Positions 41,345 through 52,129 of a stretch of DNA of 64,000 nucleotides are shown here, one piece after another. Made by a program: the position numbers and the translations under genes. How positions within the stretch are numbered: position 1 is the first letter of the stretch; every line of letters starts with the position of its first letter. Source of the stretch: Candidatus Hydrogenedens sp. Lineage in GTDB: Bacteria; Hydrogenedentota; Hydrogenedentia; Hydrogenedentales; CAITNO01. The notes under the pieces were generated by a model, which saw only the letters and a list, made by a program, of their open reading frames with translations, ran no database searches and was not told where the DNA came from. The DNA lies in contig JAAYJV010000050.1 in NCBI GenBank assembly GCA_012522755.1, positions 30,653 to 94,652 on the forward strand. The letters run 5' to 3'.

Positions 41345-42292
41345 ATGAAAGCCCTATATTATGACGGTACTCTCTCGATCCGAGAAGTCCCCGAACCTTC
41401 CCCGGCGCCGGGAGAGGCCCTCATCCGGGTTCTGATTGCCGGAATCTGCAACACCGATCTGGAAATCATCCGGGGATATATGGGTTTTCAGGGCATACTG
41501 GGTCATGAATTCGTGGGTATCGTTGAAAAAGCGGCCAATCCTTATCTTCTCGGCAAACGCGTTGTGGGCGAAATCAACTGTCCCTGCGGCAATTGTCGTT
41601 TCTGCCGCATGGAAATGCCGGGTCACTGTCCCGAGCGCAGTGTATTGGGGATCAGCGGTCGGCCCGGTGCTTTTGCTGAATATCTGTGCCTGCCGGAAGC
41701 CAATCTTCATCTGGTTCCCGATTCGGTATCTGATGATGCCGCTTCTTTTACGGAGCCTCTTGCAGCGGCTTTTCGTATCATTGATCAGCTGTCTCCTTCC
41801 TCAGAGGATCAGATCATTGTGCTCGGCGATGGGAAACTGGCTCAGTTGATCACTCAAACCATGTGGCTTCATTCCAAGCATACCGTATGTCTTGGCAAGC
41901 ATGACTGGAAACTTTCCCTGCTCCGGGATCTGGGCATCAGTACGCAGCATTTTGGAACATACCAGGGTGATATGGCGGATGTGGTTATTGAAGCCACCGG
42001 TCGTCCGGAGGGATTGAATCATGCTCTCAGACTGATTCGTCCTGAAGGAACCATCATCCTGAAAACCACCTGTCATGATAATTCCTCTTTTGATGCAGCC
42101 CGGGCCGTGGTGAATGAAATCCGCATCCAGGGATCCCGTTGCGGCCCCTTCCGTCCCGCTCTGGAAGCATTGGCACTGGGTACAGTCGAAGTACATCCCC
42201 TGATTACGGAAGTCTTTTCACTGGAAGAGGGACTCCAGGCCTTTGAGCGGGCCGCTCGACCGGAGACCATGAAAATTTTACTGCAACTGTGA
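41345..42292 (+). CDS. Zinc-dependent medium-chain alcohol dehydrogenase family protein
   Basis: 'GICNTDLEIIRGY...GHEFVGIV' is the catalytic-Zn region. 'CPCGNCRFCRMEMPGHC' is the structural-Zn Cys cluster. 'VLGDGKLAQL' is the Rossmann motif. Confidence 0.8.
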   Translation: MKALYYDGTLSIREVPEPSPAPGEALIRVLIAGICNTDLEIIRGYMGFQGILGHEFVGIVEKAANPYLLGKRVVGEINCPCGNCRFCRMEMPGHCPERSVLGISGRPGAFAEYLCLPEANLHLVPDSVSDDAASFTEPLAAAFRIIDQLSPSSEDQIIVLGDGKLAQLITQTMWLHSKHTVCLGKHDWKLSLLRDLGISTQHFGTYQGDMADVVIEATGRPEGLNHALRLIRPEGTIILKTTCHDNSSFDAARAVVNEIRIQGSRCGPFRPALEALALGTVEVHPLITEVFSLEEGLQAFERAARPETMKILLQL

Positions 42293-42371
42293 TGCCGGGA
42301 AGGCTCATATCTCTCATTTTTTCACTCCGGGCATTGCATATCTCCCGGCAAATCGGATACAGTGTTGATTC

Positions 42372-43100
42372 ATGGATGCACACCCGAACCTCACAGCTTT
42401 TCTGGGCTCTCTCAAGAGCACCCTTTCTCCTGCGGAACATGAACGCCTGACTGTCATGCTGACTGTGGAGGCCCGTCTCTGGGAGCAGGGCTTCAAGTCG
42501 GTTGCAGGGGTGGACGAGGCCGGACGGGGTCCTCTGGCGGGGCCTCTGGTCGCCGCGGCTGTCATCCTGAAATCACCTGTCTGCGGGTTGGACGATTCCA
42601 AGCGCCTTTCTGAAAAACGGCGAATGCGGCTTTATGAAGAAATTATGCGGGGAGATCATATTGTTTCCCTGTCAGTCATTTCGGCGGAAGAAATTGACCG
42701 ACAGGGCATCCAGTATGCCAACCAGAAGGCCATGCGTGAGGCTGTGTGCGGACTTTTGCCCCTTCCGGATTTTGTTCTTGTAGATGGATATAAACTCTCC
42801 GGATTGGAACAACCGGCCATGCAGATGATCAAAGGCGATGCCCGTTCTTTAAGCATTGCCGCTGCGAGTATTGTCGCCAAGGTCACCCGTGATACACTTA
42901 TGCTTGAGTTGGATCAGATTTATCCCGCTTATGGCTTTGTCCGGCATAAAGGCTATGGAACCCGGGAGCATCTCGAGGCAATCCGCACTCTGGGCCCCTG
43001 TCCTGAACACCGGAAAAGTTTTGCGCCTCTGGCCACAAAAAAATTAAAGGACACACTCTGGTTCCGGGAAATTGCACAGCATCCCGAAGACACGTTTTGA
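42372..43100 (+). CDS. rnhB: Ribonuclease HII
   Basis: '[23 protein letters not shown]' contains the DEAGRGP active-site motif. 'DDSKRLS' is also present. The product is 242 aa. Confidence 0.85.
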   Translation: MDAHPNLTAFLGSLKSTLSPAEHERLTVMLTVEARLWEQGFKSVAGVDEAGRGPLAGPLVAAAVILKSPVCGLDDSKRLSEKRRMRLYEEIMRGDHIVSLSVISAEEIDRQGIQYANQKAMREAVCGLLPLPDFVLVDGYKLSGLEQPAMQMIKGDARSLSIAAASIVAKVTRDTLMLELDQIYPAYGFVRHKGYGTREHLEAIRTLGPCPEHRKSFAPLATKKLKDTLWFREIAQHPEDTF

Positions 43101-43161
43101 ACTGAACTGTTTTATAAAATCGAGACTGATGAATGTTCAGTCGAAAGAGATCGATGCCCCT

Positions 43162-44865
43162 ATGAAACTTCGAAGGTATTTTTATAGTGCAGCTCTGATC
43201 GCCCTGCTTGCATTAGGGACGGGCTGTGCCCATTTTTCCGGACAGACACCTCGCCGGTATTGGGGAAAGCCCACTCCCGTCCGGAAGCAGGGACAGGCCT
43301 ATGCACATCATCTTGCCGGAGTTTTCCACGAGCGGCAGGGTAATTTGATGGAAGCCCTGGAATCCTGGGAGAAGGTGCTCGCACTGGATCCTGAAACACA
43401 GGCTCCCAGGATCCGGATGATCCGGGTATATCTCAGTCAGGGAAATTTCAAAAAAGCCATCGCCACTTGTGAGGAGATCTTACAACGTTCCCCGGAGATC
43501 GTGGAATTCTGGGTGATTCTCGGCGAGATGAAGTACGCATCCGGAGATATTGACGGAGCGGTTCAGTCCTTTGAAAAAGCCATCGAGCTCAAGCCCGACA
43601 ATATGCTGGGCTATGGTGCTCTGGTGGAGTTGCAGGAAAAAACCAATGATCTCGTCGCGGCCATAGAAATTTATGAAAAACTCATTAAAAACAGTCCCGA
43701 CAGTGCCGCTTTGTACTATCAGCTGGGGATCAACCTTTCCAGAATCAACGACCATAAAGGCGCTTTTGAGGCCTTTACCAAAGTTCTGGAATTGGAACCC
43801 AAAATCACTTTGGCGCGATTGTTCCAGGCCATACACCTTCATGAACTGGGAAGTTTTGAAGAAAGCAAAGATGCTTTCTACCTGTATCTGGCCGAACGTC
43901 CCAATGACCCGCAGGCCTTACAACGATTGACGGGCACTCTCCTCAGGCTTCGCCGTATTGATGAAGCCCGTCAGATCCTGTATCGTTTATTGGACCATAA
44001 AGATGCCGAAGCCAAAAACATGCTCCAATGGGCTCTTTTTCAGGGGATGGAAATGAGTTTTTTCAGTGCCGCCGTGGCGGCCATGGAGGGCAATGCTCCT
44101 TTTCTCGCGGCCTGCTATAACCGTCTGGATCAAAGCACGACACACCAGCCCGGCCGCCAGGACAAAGTCTTTATCTCTTTTGAAGAATTGGATCTGGAAG
44201 GAACCCGTATTCAGGATGCCCTCCAATCCATGCAACACGAAACGCTTCTGGCCGAGGCTCTGATCAGCCAATTGTCTTTTTTTCAGGATTCTGTAGCTCT
44301 GGGTAATTTATCACGCTTCCTGCAGGGACGGCTGCTTATCTATCTTGACCGCCCGGCGGAGGCTCTGGATCTTCTGAACCAGATTCACGTGGAAGGCAAT
44401 GAGCAGAAATATGTACTTTATCATCGGGCCCTGGCCTGTGAAATGCTGGGAGATAAGGAAAACACAGAAGTGAATCTTCTGGCCTACCTGGTTTTGGATC
44501 CGCAAGATCCGGTCATGCTGAATTTTCTGGGGTACTTCTACGCTGAAGAAAACAAACATCTCGAAGAGGCCCTGCAACTGCTGAATCTGGCCCTGGCCAT
44601 CTCTCCGGAAGATCCCTTTTATCTTGACAGCCTGGGTTGGATCTATTATCGTCTTGGAGACTACACCAAAGCGGAAGAACTGGTACGCAAAGCGATTTAC
44701 GGCATGGACGCTGACGACGCTATTTTGCGGGATCATCTGGGTGATATTTATCAGGCTCAGGGAAAAATCAAGGAGGCACTGGAGGAATGGAGACGTGCTC
44801 TGCGCCTGGATCCTTCTTTGGACACTGTCCGCGAAAAATTCGAGGCTCATCAATCCAAACAGTAA
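43162..44865 (+). CDS. TPR-repeat lipoprotein
   Basis: 'MKLRRYFYSAALIALLALGTGCAHF' is a signal peptide with lipobox 'LGTGC'. Multiple 34-aa TPR units follow ('ALESWEKVLALDPE', 'AVQSFEKAIELKPDN', 'AFEAFTKVLELEPK', 'ALEEWRRALRLDPS'). The track ORF start at 43072 overlaps rnhB. I chose the internal Met. Confidence 0.6.
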   Translation: MKLRRYFYSAALIALLALGTGCAHFSGQTPRRYWGKPTPVRKQGQAYAHHLAGVFHERQGNLMEALESWEKVLALDPETQAPRIRMIRVYLSQGNFKKAIATCEEILQRSPEIVEFWVILGEMKYASGDIDGAVQSFEKAIELKPDNMLGYGALVELQEKTNDLVAAIEIYEKLIKNSPDSAALYYQLGINLSRINDHKGAFEAFTKVLELEPKITLARLFQAIHLHELGSFEESKDAFYLYLAERPNDPQALQRLTGTLLRLRRIDEARQILYRLLDHKDAEAKNMLQWALFQGMEMSFFSAAVAAMEGNAPFLAACYNRLDQSTTHQPGRQDKVFISFEELDLEGTRIQDALQSMQHETLLAEALISQLSFFQDSVALGNLSRFLQGRLLIYLDRPAEALDLLNQIHVEGNEQKYVLYHRALACEMLGDKENTEVNLLAYLVLDPQDPVMLNFLGYFYAEENKHLEEALQLLNLALAISPEDPFYLDSLGWIYYRLGDYTKAEELVRKAIYGMDADDAILRDHLGDIYQAQGKIKEALEEWRRALRLDPSLDTVREKFEAHQSKQ

Positions 44866-45006
44866 TAGCTGACAAAGTAGTCGGATCTGAAAGGAGCGGA
44901 TCCACTATGTCCACAGTCTCTGCATGAATTTCCCGACCCCACCCGCCCGGCTCCTGATTATTCAGGATCCGCCCGGGTTGAAGAAATTTTACGAACGCTG
45001 ATCGAC

Positions 45007-47430
45007 TCAGCTCGATATGATTTTATCGCGTAAGGCGGCCAATTGTTCAGCCAGTGTGGTGTTGACGAGGCTATCTTCTTTCTTCCGCCCTTCCTGCTGC
45101 TGTCTGGGAATGGCGATATCTCCTTTTGATCTGCGACGACGCGGCCGATCAGCACCGCCTGGTTCGAACTGGCCTGATCGACGGCCCCGGGGATACCTGT
45201 CTCTATCCTGTCCACCGGCCCGATCACGGAAGGCCGGCCGGCTCAAGGGCATCCGGGCGACATCCCGAATTGTAAGCGCAATTTTGCCCTGCTCCTGATT
45301 CACATCCTTGATCTGCACCTTGATGACTTCGCCTACTTGTATGGCTGTTTTCAGTGCCTTGATGGCTGACCAGCCCATCTCGCTTCTGTGGATCAGCCCT
45401 TCTTCAGGCAGACCAAGAGAGACGAAAACACCGAAGTCCGCCACATTGGTGATCAATCCTTCCAGCACCATTCCCGGTTGCAAATCCTGAATCGTATTCA
45501 AGGGAATAAGGCGCACAGGAGGCTTGAATCTCTTGCGCGGATCGCGGCCGGCCCGCCCCAGTTCATAACAGATATCTTCCAGAGTCATGACGCCGACATC
45601 ACCATCAACAAAATCTTCCAGTCTGATATCGTTGAGCCGTTCTGTAGACCGGGTTATCTCTTCAATGGACAGGGCGAGACTTTCGGATATTTTTTTCACG
45701 GCTTCATAGGCTTCAGGATGAATGGAGGTGGCATCAAGCAATTCTTCACCGGAGAGAATGCGAAGGAAGCCGGCGCATTGCTGAAAGGTAAAGGTATCTA
45801 TACCTGAAACTTCCCGCAGTTGCTGGCGGTTGGTAAAGCCGTTCCTCTCTTTTCTGGCTTCCACGATGGCCTGTGCCAGGCCGAACTGAAGGCCACTGAT
45901 GTAGCGCAGCATTTCCGCCGAAGCCGTATTCACATCAAGACCGATACGGTTTACAGCGGACTCTATAGTTTTTACGATACCTGCGATAAGGCGACGTCTG
46001 TTGATTCCAAAGGACATTCTGTGAGGCACGAGCATTATGGGATCGAGCTTGATCAGTTCCTTGAGAGGATCCTGATGCCTTCTTCCTATGGAAACAGCAG
46101 CCCGGAGCGCTTCCTCGATACCGGCAAGTTCATCTTCAGCCAAAGGAGAAGAGGCATAGGCTGCGAGACCGGAATCAACAACCAGCGTGACATAGCTCCG
46201 GTCTTTTCCGGTTTTTTTAATCCAGGCCTGAACGGCACGCAAAATATCGCGCCCCCCCGGGCCGCTGCTCACGGCTATACCCGCATCGGGGGTCAGAGCC
46301 ACCAATTCCGCAATGGTATTTTCCAGAGCAGCTTCCAGTTTCTGAGCTTCTGTCTCTTCCACGGTACGCATTTCAACGGGCACACCGCTTTCATTCACCA
46401 GAGCCAGGGTACATTTTGTCGGTGACCAGGAACAGACACCGATGACAGGCACTTCTCCGGCTGGCGGACTCAGGAGCATGTTGCGCACATGTTCACGACA
46501 ATTATCAATGAGGGCATCTTCCGCTTTGCGTCGCACCTGGGCAATGACTTCCACTTCAATGGCCGGGCGCAACAGACGACGGTAAGCATCATTGATGGCG
46601 CCACTGAGTTCAAATGCATAAGGACTTTCTTTGTCCTGCACAAAGCGGTCGGTAATCTGGGTAATGAGTTTTTCATCATCGATCACCACTTCCACCCGCA
46701 GAGCCGCTTCCCATTCTCCTCTCAATATGGTCAGAAGCGCTTCATGCCCCACTTCACCGATGGGAAGGTTCAGATCTTTATAGGGCGCATATTTGGAGTT
46801 CTTCTCCATTTCCACCCGCGTGGGATGTACACAGAGCCGACCTTCCTCTGACAGTGCCTGACGTACCTGCTGGCGGACATCGGTATTCATGGCAATACAT
46901 TCAGCCAGAATATGTTTGGCCCCTTCCAGTGCTTCCTCAGCGGAAAAGATCTGATGCTCAGCCGAGATGAATGATTCCGCATAAAGAGGCGGGGGCGGTG
47001 TTGAAGGAGCCTGGGCCCAAACATAGTTTGCCAACGGCAACAAGCCTTTGGCTGCTGCGATGGCGGCGTGGTTATTACGCTGTTTCTTATAGGGAAGACT
47101 CACATCTTCCAGTTTGATATGATCGTCACATGCTTCAATGGCCGCCCGGATCTCATCTGAAACAGTTCCTTTATTCTCTTCCCCTTCATTCTGTTTTTCA
47201 AGATTGCGGATGAGGGAGACTTTTTTTGAGGAAAGGCTTGTATAGTCCTTATTGCGTTCGGCGATACGTTCCAGCTTGCTTTCACTCAGTCCCTGAGTCC
47301 GATCCTTGCGATATCGCATGACAAAGGAAACGGTAGCTCCTCTATTCAAAAGGCCGATGGCTGCTTCCACCTGATCCGGGCTGACGCGCTCTTCAGATGC
47401 GATAAGGTCAATAAAACGCTTCTCAATCAT
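45007..47430 (-). CDS. tex: Tex-like transcription accessory protein (YqgF/HhH/S1 domains) with an Arg-rich C-terminal tail
   Basis: 'GATVSFVMRYRKDRTQGL' is the Tex N-terminal motif. A YqgF RNase-H-like domain and HhH are present. The S1 domain is 'GMVLEGLITNVADFGVFVSLG...IHRSEM'. The start is ATG 47430 with 'GGAG' upstream. Confidence 0.8.
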   Translation of the reverse strand: MIEKRFIDLIASEERVSPDQVEAAIGLLNRGATVSFVMRYRKDRTQGLSESKLERIAERNKDYTSLSSKKVSLIRNLEKQNEGEENKGTVSDEIRAAIEACDDHIKLEDVSLPYKKQRNNHAAIAAAKGLLPLANYVWAQAPSTPPPPLYAESFISAEHQIFSAEEALEGAKHILAECIAMNTDVRQQVRQALSEEGRLCVHPTRVEMEKNSKYAPYKDLNLPIGEVGHEALLTILRGEWEAALRVEVVIDDEKLITQITDRFVQDKESPYAFELSGAINDAYRRLLRPAIEVEVIAQVRRKAEDALIDNCREHVRNMLLSPPAGEVPVIGVCSWSPTKCTLALVNESGVPVEMRTVEETEAQKLEAALENTIAELVALTPDAGIAVSSGPGGRDILRAVQAWIKKTGKDRSYVTLVVDSGLAAYASSPLAEDELAGIEEALRAAVSIGRRHQDPLKELIKLDPIMLVPHRMSFGINRRRLIAGIVKTIESAVNRIGLDVNTASAEMLRYISGLQFGLAQAIVEARKERNGFTNRQQLREVSGIDTFTFQQCAGFLRILSGEELLDATSIHPEAYEAVKKISESLALSIEEITRSTERLNDIRLEDFVDGDVGVMTLEDICYELGRAGRDPRKRFKPPVRLIPLNTIQDLQPGMVLEGLITNVADFGVFVSLGLPEEGLIHRSEMGWSAIKALKTAIQVGEVIKVQIKDVNQEQGKIALTIRDVARMPLSRPAFRDRAGGQDRDRYPRGRRSGQFEPGGADRPRRRRSKGDIAIPRQQQEGRKKEDSLVNTTLAEQLAALRDKIISS

Positions 47431-47614
47431 GACAGACTCCATAAAGACCGATGACCGGCCCGAATGACATTGCACGTTCCGGCCATCACTTCATTCATTC
47501 CCTGTTTAAGTCCTGTAGTCAAAGTATAAAGACAGTGCCTGAAAGTTTAGCAAATTACCGGGTTTTAAGCAATTCATCATCATTCAGACACGAGATTATT
47601 CCCGCAACGGTATT

Positions 47615-49312
47615 CTACATTCGTTCCGGTGCATCAATGCCCAGTAACGCAAGCCCATTGGTCAGACTCTGCAAAACGGCGGCACAAAGCAGAATACGCG
47701 ACATCCGTTGTTCCGTGGACTGCGCAGTCAACACGGGGCATTCATGGTAGAAACTTGTGAAGGCATGAGCCAGATCAAGCAGATAATTTCCGATTCCCGC
47801 ACAGCTGCGCTGGTTCAAGGCATCTTTCACAACATCGGGGAATTCCGCTGTTTTCAAAACAAGACGCCACTCCGCTTCCTCTTGAAACTCCGGTACAAAG
47901 CTGTCGCAGTCGGGAAGGGCTGCATCCCATTTGCGCAGGATGGAACGGATACGGGCACAGCAATATTGTATATACGGTCCTGTATCGCCCTGAAAAGAAA
48001 GGGCCGACTGCATATCAAAGACGACATTTTTCGTGGATTTGACGCGAAGGACAGCAAAACGGATCGCTGCGACAGCGACCTGGCTGGCAATGTCCACCCG
48101 TTCCCTCTCGTCGAGACCGGGAAACTGTTCTGTCACCCTCTCCAGAGCCAGGGCTGTGGCCTGATTCAGAACATCGTCCAGAAGCACCACCTTGCCGCCC
48201 CGGGTACTCATTTTGCCATCCTTGAGAAGGATATAAGAATAATAAATGGTTTCCGGTGCGGGATAGCCGGCCGCCTCCAGAATGAGGGCCAGTTGCTGTG
48301 CATAGAGTTTATGATCTTCGCCCAGTACCATGAGGTTCAGATCGGCGCCTTTCTCGTGTTTCATGATGGAATAGGCAATATCCCGGCATCCATACATGGA
48401 AGAACCATTGGCACGGCGAAGGACGAAATAACGGCCTTCTTCCAGGGCATGCCCCAGTTTGGAAAGATCCACCACACGACGTTCTTCTTCATCTGTGAAA
48501 AGGGCTCCTTTATTTTCCAGAGCCTTTTCCACTTCAGCGATTCGCGGATCATTCACATAGTCGGACTCATGATCAAAGAAATCATATCGGGCTCCGATAC
48601 GCCTGAGGACAGCCAGTTGCCCCTGGAGGCACATTTCTGTAACCTCGAAAAAGCGACGGCGCACCTCTTCATCTCCCGCTTCTATTCGGGCAAGAAGTTC
48701 ATAGCCCCTGGCTGCGAATTCCGGATCGGCTTCCGCACGGGCATTGGCCTTCACATAGATGTCCAGAATCTCATCGAAACTCGCCTTCTCCACTTCTTCC
48801 ATCATGAGCACAAGCAGTCCGATCTGGCGCCCCATGTCATTGACATAATAATGTACATCCACCTCATAGTCTTCAAAACGAAGCAGACGAACCAGACTGT
48901 CGCCGATCATGGCGCATCGGCCCCGGCCCACATGAGGACTGGCATTGGGGTTGATGCTCGTGTGCTCAATCAACACCTGCAACCCTTTACCAATGCCATT
49001 GGAGCCCCATTTCTCTTCTTTCGCAAGGGCCTGTGCAAGAAGCTGCTGCGCAAAGGAGCCCCGTTTGAGTGTCAGATTCAGGTAAGGCCCCGCTGCAGTT
49101 GCTGATTCAGCTATTTGAGAAAAGTCAATTTCCCGGGCCGCTTCTCCGGCGAGAAGGGCCGGTGCCTTGCGGAGTCTTTTTGCCAGGAGAAACATGGGAA
49201 TGGACAGATCACCCAATTCCGGCGTGGGTGGTACTGTACATTGAATATCGCTGCTTTCAGCCTCAGGGTAATGAGCAAGAATCAGTTGAGTAAGGGTGTC
49301 TTGTAAAATCAA
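47615..49312 (-). CDS. argS: Arginine--tRNA ligase
   Basis: 'EHTSINPNASPHVGRGRCAMIGDSLVRLL' is the class I 'HIGH'-region equivalent. The DALR anticodon-binding C-terminus is present. The product is 565 aa. Confidence 0.9.
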   Translation of the reverse strand: MILQDTLTQLILAHYPEAESSDIQCTVPPTPELGDLSIPMFLLAKRLRKAPALLAGEAAREIDFSQIAESATAAGPYLNLTLKRGSFAQQLLAQALAKEEKWGSNGIGKGLQVLIEHTSINPNASPHVGRGRCAMIGDSLVRLLRFEDYEVDVHYYVNDMGRQIGLLVLMMEEVEKASFDEILDIYVKANARAEADPEFAARGYELLARIEAGDEEVRRRFFEVTEMCLQGQLAVLRRIGARYDFFDHESDYVNDPRIAEVEKALENKGALFTDEEERRVVDLSKLGHALEEGRYFVLRRANGSSMYGCRDIAYSIMKHEKGADLNLMVLGEDHKLYAQQLALILEAAGYPAPETIYYSYILLKDGKMSTRGGKVVLLDDVLNQATALALERVTEQFPGLDERERVDIASQVAVAAIRFAVLRVKSTKNVVFDMQSALSFQGDTGPYIQYCCARIRSILRKWDAALPDCDSFVPEFQEEAEWRLVLKTAEFPDVVKDALNQRSCAGIGNYLLDLAHAFTSFYHECPVLTAQSTEQRMSRILLCAAVLQSLTNGLALLGIDAPERM

Positions 49313-49366
49313 AGGAAGAACTCCATTTCAGAAGGTATAAACGGCGAGAACCTCGGGGCGGACTTT

Positions 49367-49918
49367 TTACGGGGCTGTGCCTTTCGCCGCTTCGTCTTTC
49401 ATTTCCTGCAAGGCGCGACGCTCCAGATCTTTTTCATAGAGATCCGCATCGGCAATATGCCTGTCTTCTATCAGGATCAGATGAAATCCGAAATTAGTGA
49501 GAATGACATCACTGATTTTACCGATCTCACCGGCCCAGCAATACTCGTCAAAAGCCGGGGCATAGGTGCCTTTCGCAGCCCAGCCCAGATCGCCGCCCCG
49601 TTTGCCCGATGAGGTATCATCAGAGTATTTTCGGGCCAGTCGGTCAAAGCTTTCACCGGCTTCCAGACGCTTTTTCAAATCCAGAATATGATCATGAGCC
49701 CGGCCACGATCCACGGGATCGGCCGGATCAAAAGAAACCAGAATATGCCGCGCATGCACACTGGTGGTAATGGGTTTTGTTGTCCGGCCCGAATAAAGGG
49801 CGAGAAGCATGACAACAATGAGCACGCCCACACCCATCCATATAAGCCGGGTATAGTCTTTTTTTTCTTCCTCTACGGGTTCTTCATGCATCTTTCGCAG
49901 CTTCGCCTGTATATCCAT
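49367..49918 (-). CDS. Membrane-anchored parvulin-type peptidyl-prolyl cis-trans isomerase
   Basis: N-terminal TM 'LIWMGVGVLIVVMLLALY'. Then the PpiC/rotamase domain 'HARHILV...GGDLGW...GFHLILIED'. Confidence 0.75.
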   Translation of the reverse strand: MDIQAKLRKMHEEPVEEEKKDYTRLIWMGVGVLIVVMLLALYSGRTTKPITTSVHARHILVSFDPADPVDRGRAHDHILDLKKRLEAGESFDRLARKYSDDTSSGKRGGDLGWAAKGTYAPAFDEYCWAGEIGKISDVILTNFGFHLILIEDRHIADADLYEKDLERRALQEMKDEAAKGTAP

Positions 49919-49963
49919 AATATCTCTCCACTATCACACCGGTCAGCAACCGCCGCTGATCCG

Positions 49964-51010
49964 TTACAGATCCAGCATGGATCCATATAAGCGTCCATAG
50001 AATGAAATTACAATATATCCTATTATGGCTCCCACTACAAGTGTAATGACCACCTGCAATATTTTCATGGCTGTCTGAACGGCACTGGCCGCTTCGTTAA
50101 GGTGGTATTCTGAGAGCTTTTTGCAGGAGGCTTCCAGTTCGCCGGAGACTTCCCCCACGCCGATCATTTCATGGTCCACCCGGGTAAGACTTTTACAGGG
50201 AGCAAAGGCCTCGATCAGTGTTTTCCCCTGGGCAACAGCGGGCAGGGCCTGTAACAGATCACGTTCCACAAGAGGATGGAGAGTCATGGCGGCGCTTTGC
50301 CGGATGCACTTCTTGATTTCTATCCCCGCGCCCAGAAGAATGGAAAAACCCTGGAAAAAGCGCGCCAGAGCGAATTTATGTATGATGCGGTTGACAGGCC
50401 AGAGATGGTGCTTTATGGTGGAAAACACTATATTGAGGCTGCCGAGCCTGTTGAGCCCGAAAAGAATGGCCAGTACGGTAAAAGCGATGAGATGGCAATT
50501 AAATTGAAAAGCGCCATAACTGGACAGGTATGAGGAAAGGCTGAAAGTGCCGGAGCCCGTCAGTGTGAAAGTTCTGATGATGCCCAAGGCGAAACTGCCC
50601 AGATACCAGGCGCTGGCAAGTTGCAGGGCCGGGTAGACCATGGCGACTTTCGTGGCCCGGGCGATGGCTTCCATACCGTCATAATGATCGGCCAGATCCG
50701 CCAGAAGCACATCCAGTCGCCCGCCTGTCTCACCGGCCGCAAGCACTTCAATAAAGAGTTCCGGGAGCACAGCCTGCTGTTCACGGGCTGCGTCGGCCAG
50801 GGAGGAGCCATCACGGATACTGTCCGCCATCATGATCAGGGCCCGACGTGCCCGGGAGGGCGCTCCCCGATCAACAACGATTTGAAGCGCGGCAATAACA
50901 GGCAGGCCGGCCTGATAAGCAGTGCTTAACTGTCGGCTGATACGTGCCATCTCCCGGATGGATAATTTTCTGGAAAAGGACAAGCCCATAAATGCGTGAC
51001 TTTTTCTCAA
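49964..51010 (-). CDS. Type II secretion / type IV pilus platform protein (GspF/PilC family), isolated from other T2SS/T4P genes
   Basis: Two T2SSF repeats ('LSTAYQAGLPVIAALQIV', 'LIEVLAAGETGGRLDVLL', 'MIGVGEVSGELE') and three TM segments. There is no gspE/gspD in the window. Confidence 0.7.
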   Translation of the reverse strand: MRKSHAFMGLSFSRKLSIREMARISRQLSTAYQAGLPVIAALQIVVDRGAPSRARRALIMMADSIRDGSSLADAAREQQAVLPELFIEVLAAGETGGRLDVLLADLADHYDGMEAIARATKVAMVYPALQLASAWYLGSFALGIIRTFTLTGSGTFSLSSYLSSYGAFQFNCHLIAFTVLAILFGLNRLGSLNIVFSTIKHHLWPVNRIIHKFALARFFQGFSILLGAGIEIKKCIRQSAAMTLHPLVERDLLQALPAVAQGKTLIEAFAPCKSLTRVDHEMIGVGEVSGELEASCKKLSEYHLNEAASAVQTAMKILQVVITLVVGAIIGYIVISFYGRLYGSMLDL

Positions 51011-51034
51011 CGGCGGAAAAGAAGAAAAGAGTAA

Positions 51035-51985
51035 TCAGTCTGTCGGTTGTGCTTCGAGCCAGCGTGTGGCATCCAGAGCGGCCATGCAGCCACTGCCGGC
51101 TGCTGTAATGGCCTGGCGGTACTGTCTGTCCTGCACATCACCACAGGCGAAAACACCCTCACAGTTGGTATAGGAACTGTCGGGGCGGGTAATGAGGTAA
51201 CCGGCCTCGTCCATCTCCAGAACACCGGTGAAAAGATCCGTGTTGGGCTTGTGACCGATGGCGGCAAAATACCCCACACAATCGACCTGGCGTTCTTCAC
51301 CGTTTTGTGTATCTTTCAGGATGACTCCGGTAACACCATTTTCATCATCACCAAGAATCTCGCGGACAACAGAATTCCATTCAACGGTGATCTTTTCATG
51401 TGCGATGACCCGATCACCCATGATTTTACTTGCACGGAAGGCATCGCGGCGATGGACCACGTGCACATGGCCGACAAAATTCGCCAGAAAAAGTGCCTCT
51501 TCCATGGCTGTATCTCCACCACCGACAACCACAACGGATTTGCCGCGGAATCGGGGAAGAGCCCCATCACAGGTGGCACAGGCTGATACACCATTGTTGA
51601 GGAAACGTTTCTCCGCATCCAGTCCGAGATATCTGGCTGTGGCACCGGTGGCTATGATCACCGTCTTGCTTTGAATTTCCGTATCGCCCACATAAACGCA
51701 CAAGGGCGAGGATGAGAAATCCACGCGGGTAACTGTGTTGTATTGAAAGCGTGCACCGAAGCGCTCAGCCTGTTTTTTGAGATCGGCCATGAGTTCGGAG
51801 CCGGTCACCCCTTCAGGATAGCCGGGAAAATTCTCCACTTCCGTTGTGGTCATCAACTGTCCACCGGGAAGAATCTCCGCACTGAATTCACCTTCGAGCA
51901 CCACCGGAGCCAGATCGGCACGTGCCGTATAAAGCGCTGCTGTACAGGCGGCCGGGCCACCACCGATGATTACCACTTTTTCCAT
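51035..51985 (-). CDS. trxB: Thioredoxin-disulfide reductase
   Basis: 'VVIIGGGPAACTAALYTAR' is the FAD motif. 'CATCDG' is the redox-active disulfide. 'VVVVGGGDTAMEEA' is the NADPH motif. The start is ATG 51985 with RBS 'AGGAGGAG'. Confidence 0.9.
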   Translation of the reverse strand: MEKVVIIGGGPAACTAALYTARADLAPVVLEGEFSAEILPGGQLMTTTEVENFPGYPEGVTGSELMADLKKQAERFGARFQYNTVTRVDFSSSPLCVYVGDTEIQSKTVIIATGATARYLGLDAEKRFLNNGVSACATCDGALPRFRGKSVVVVGGGDTAMEEALFLANFVGHVHVVHRRDAFRASKIMGDRVIAHEKITVEWNSVVREILGDDENGVTGVILKDTQNGEERQVDCVGYFAAIGHKPNTDLFTGVLEMDEAGYLITRPDSSYTNCEGVFACGDVQDRQYRQAITAAGSGCMAALDATRWLEAQPTD

Positions 51986-52129
51986 GATATCTCCTCCTTT
52001 TGGGAAGATGCATCGCACTTATAAAAGGCCGCATCCGAAACATATACATTTATGCCAAGACGCATGACCCTGCAAGGCTGCATGCAGACAAACTGATAAC
52101 CGTGCCGGAAAAAGACTTCAGGCACAGAT

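Noticed and set aside
44866-45006. Short palindromic stretch CCTGAttattTCAGG flanked by direct CCGCCCGG repeats between the convergent TPR and tex genes
   Set aside because: The stem is only 5 bp and there is no T-tract. It is probably not a functional terminator or repeat element.
47708-49105. 465-aa + strand ORF
   Set aside because: It is antisense to argS.
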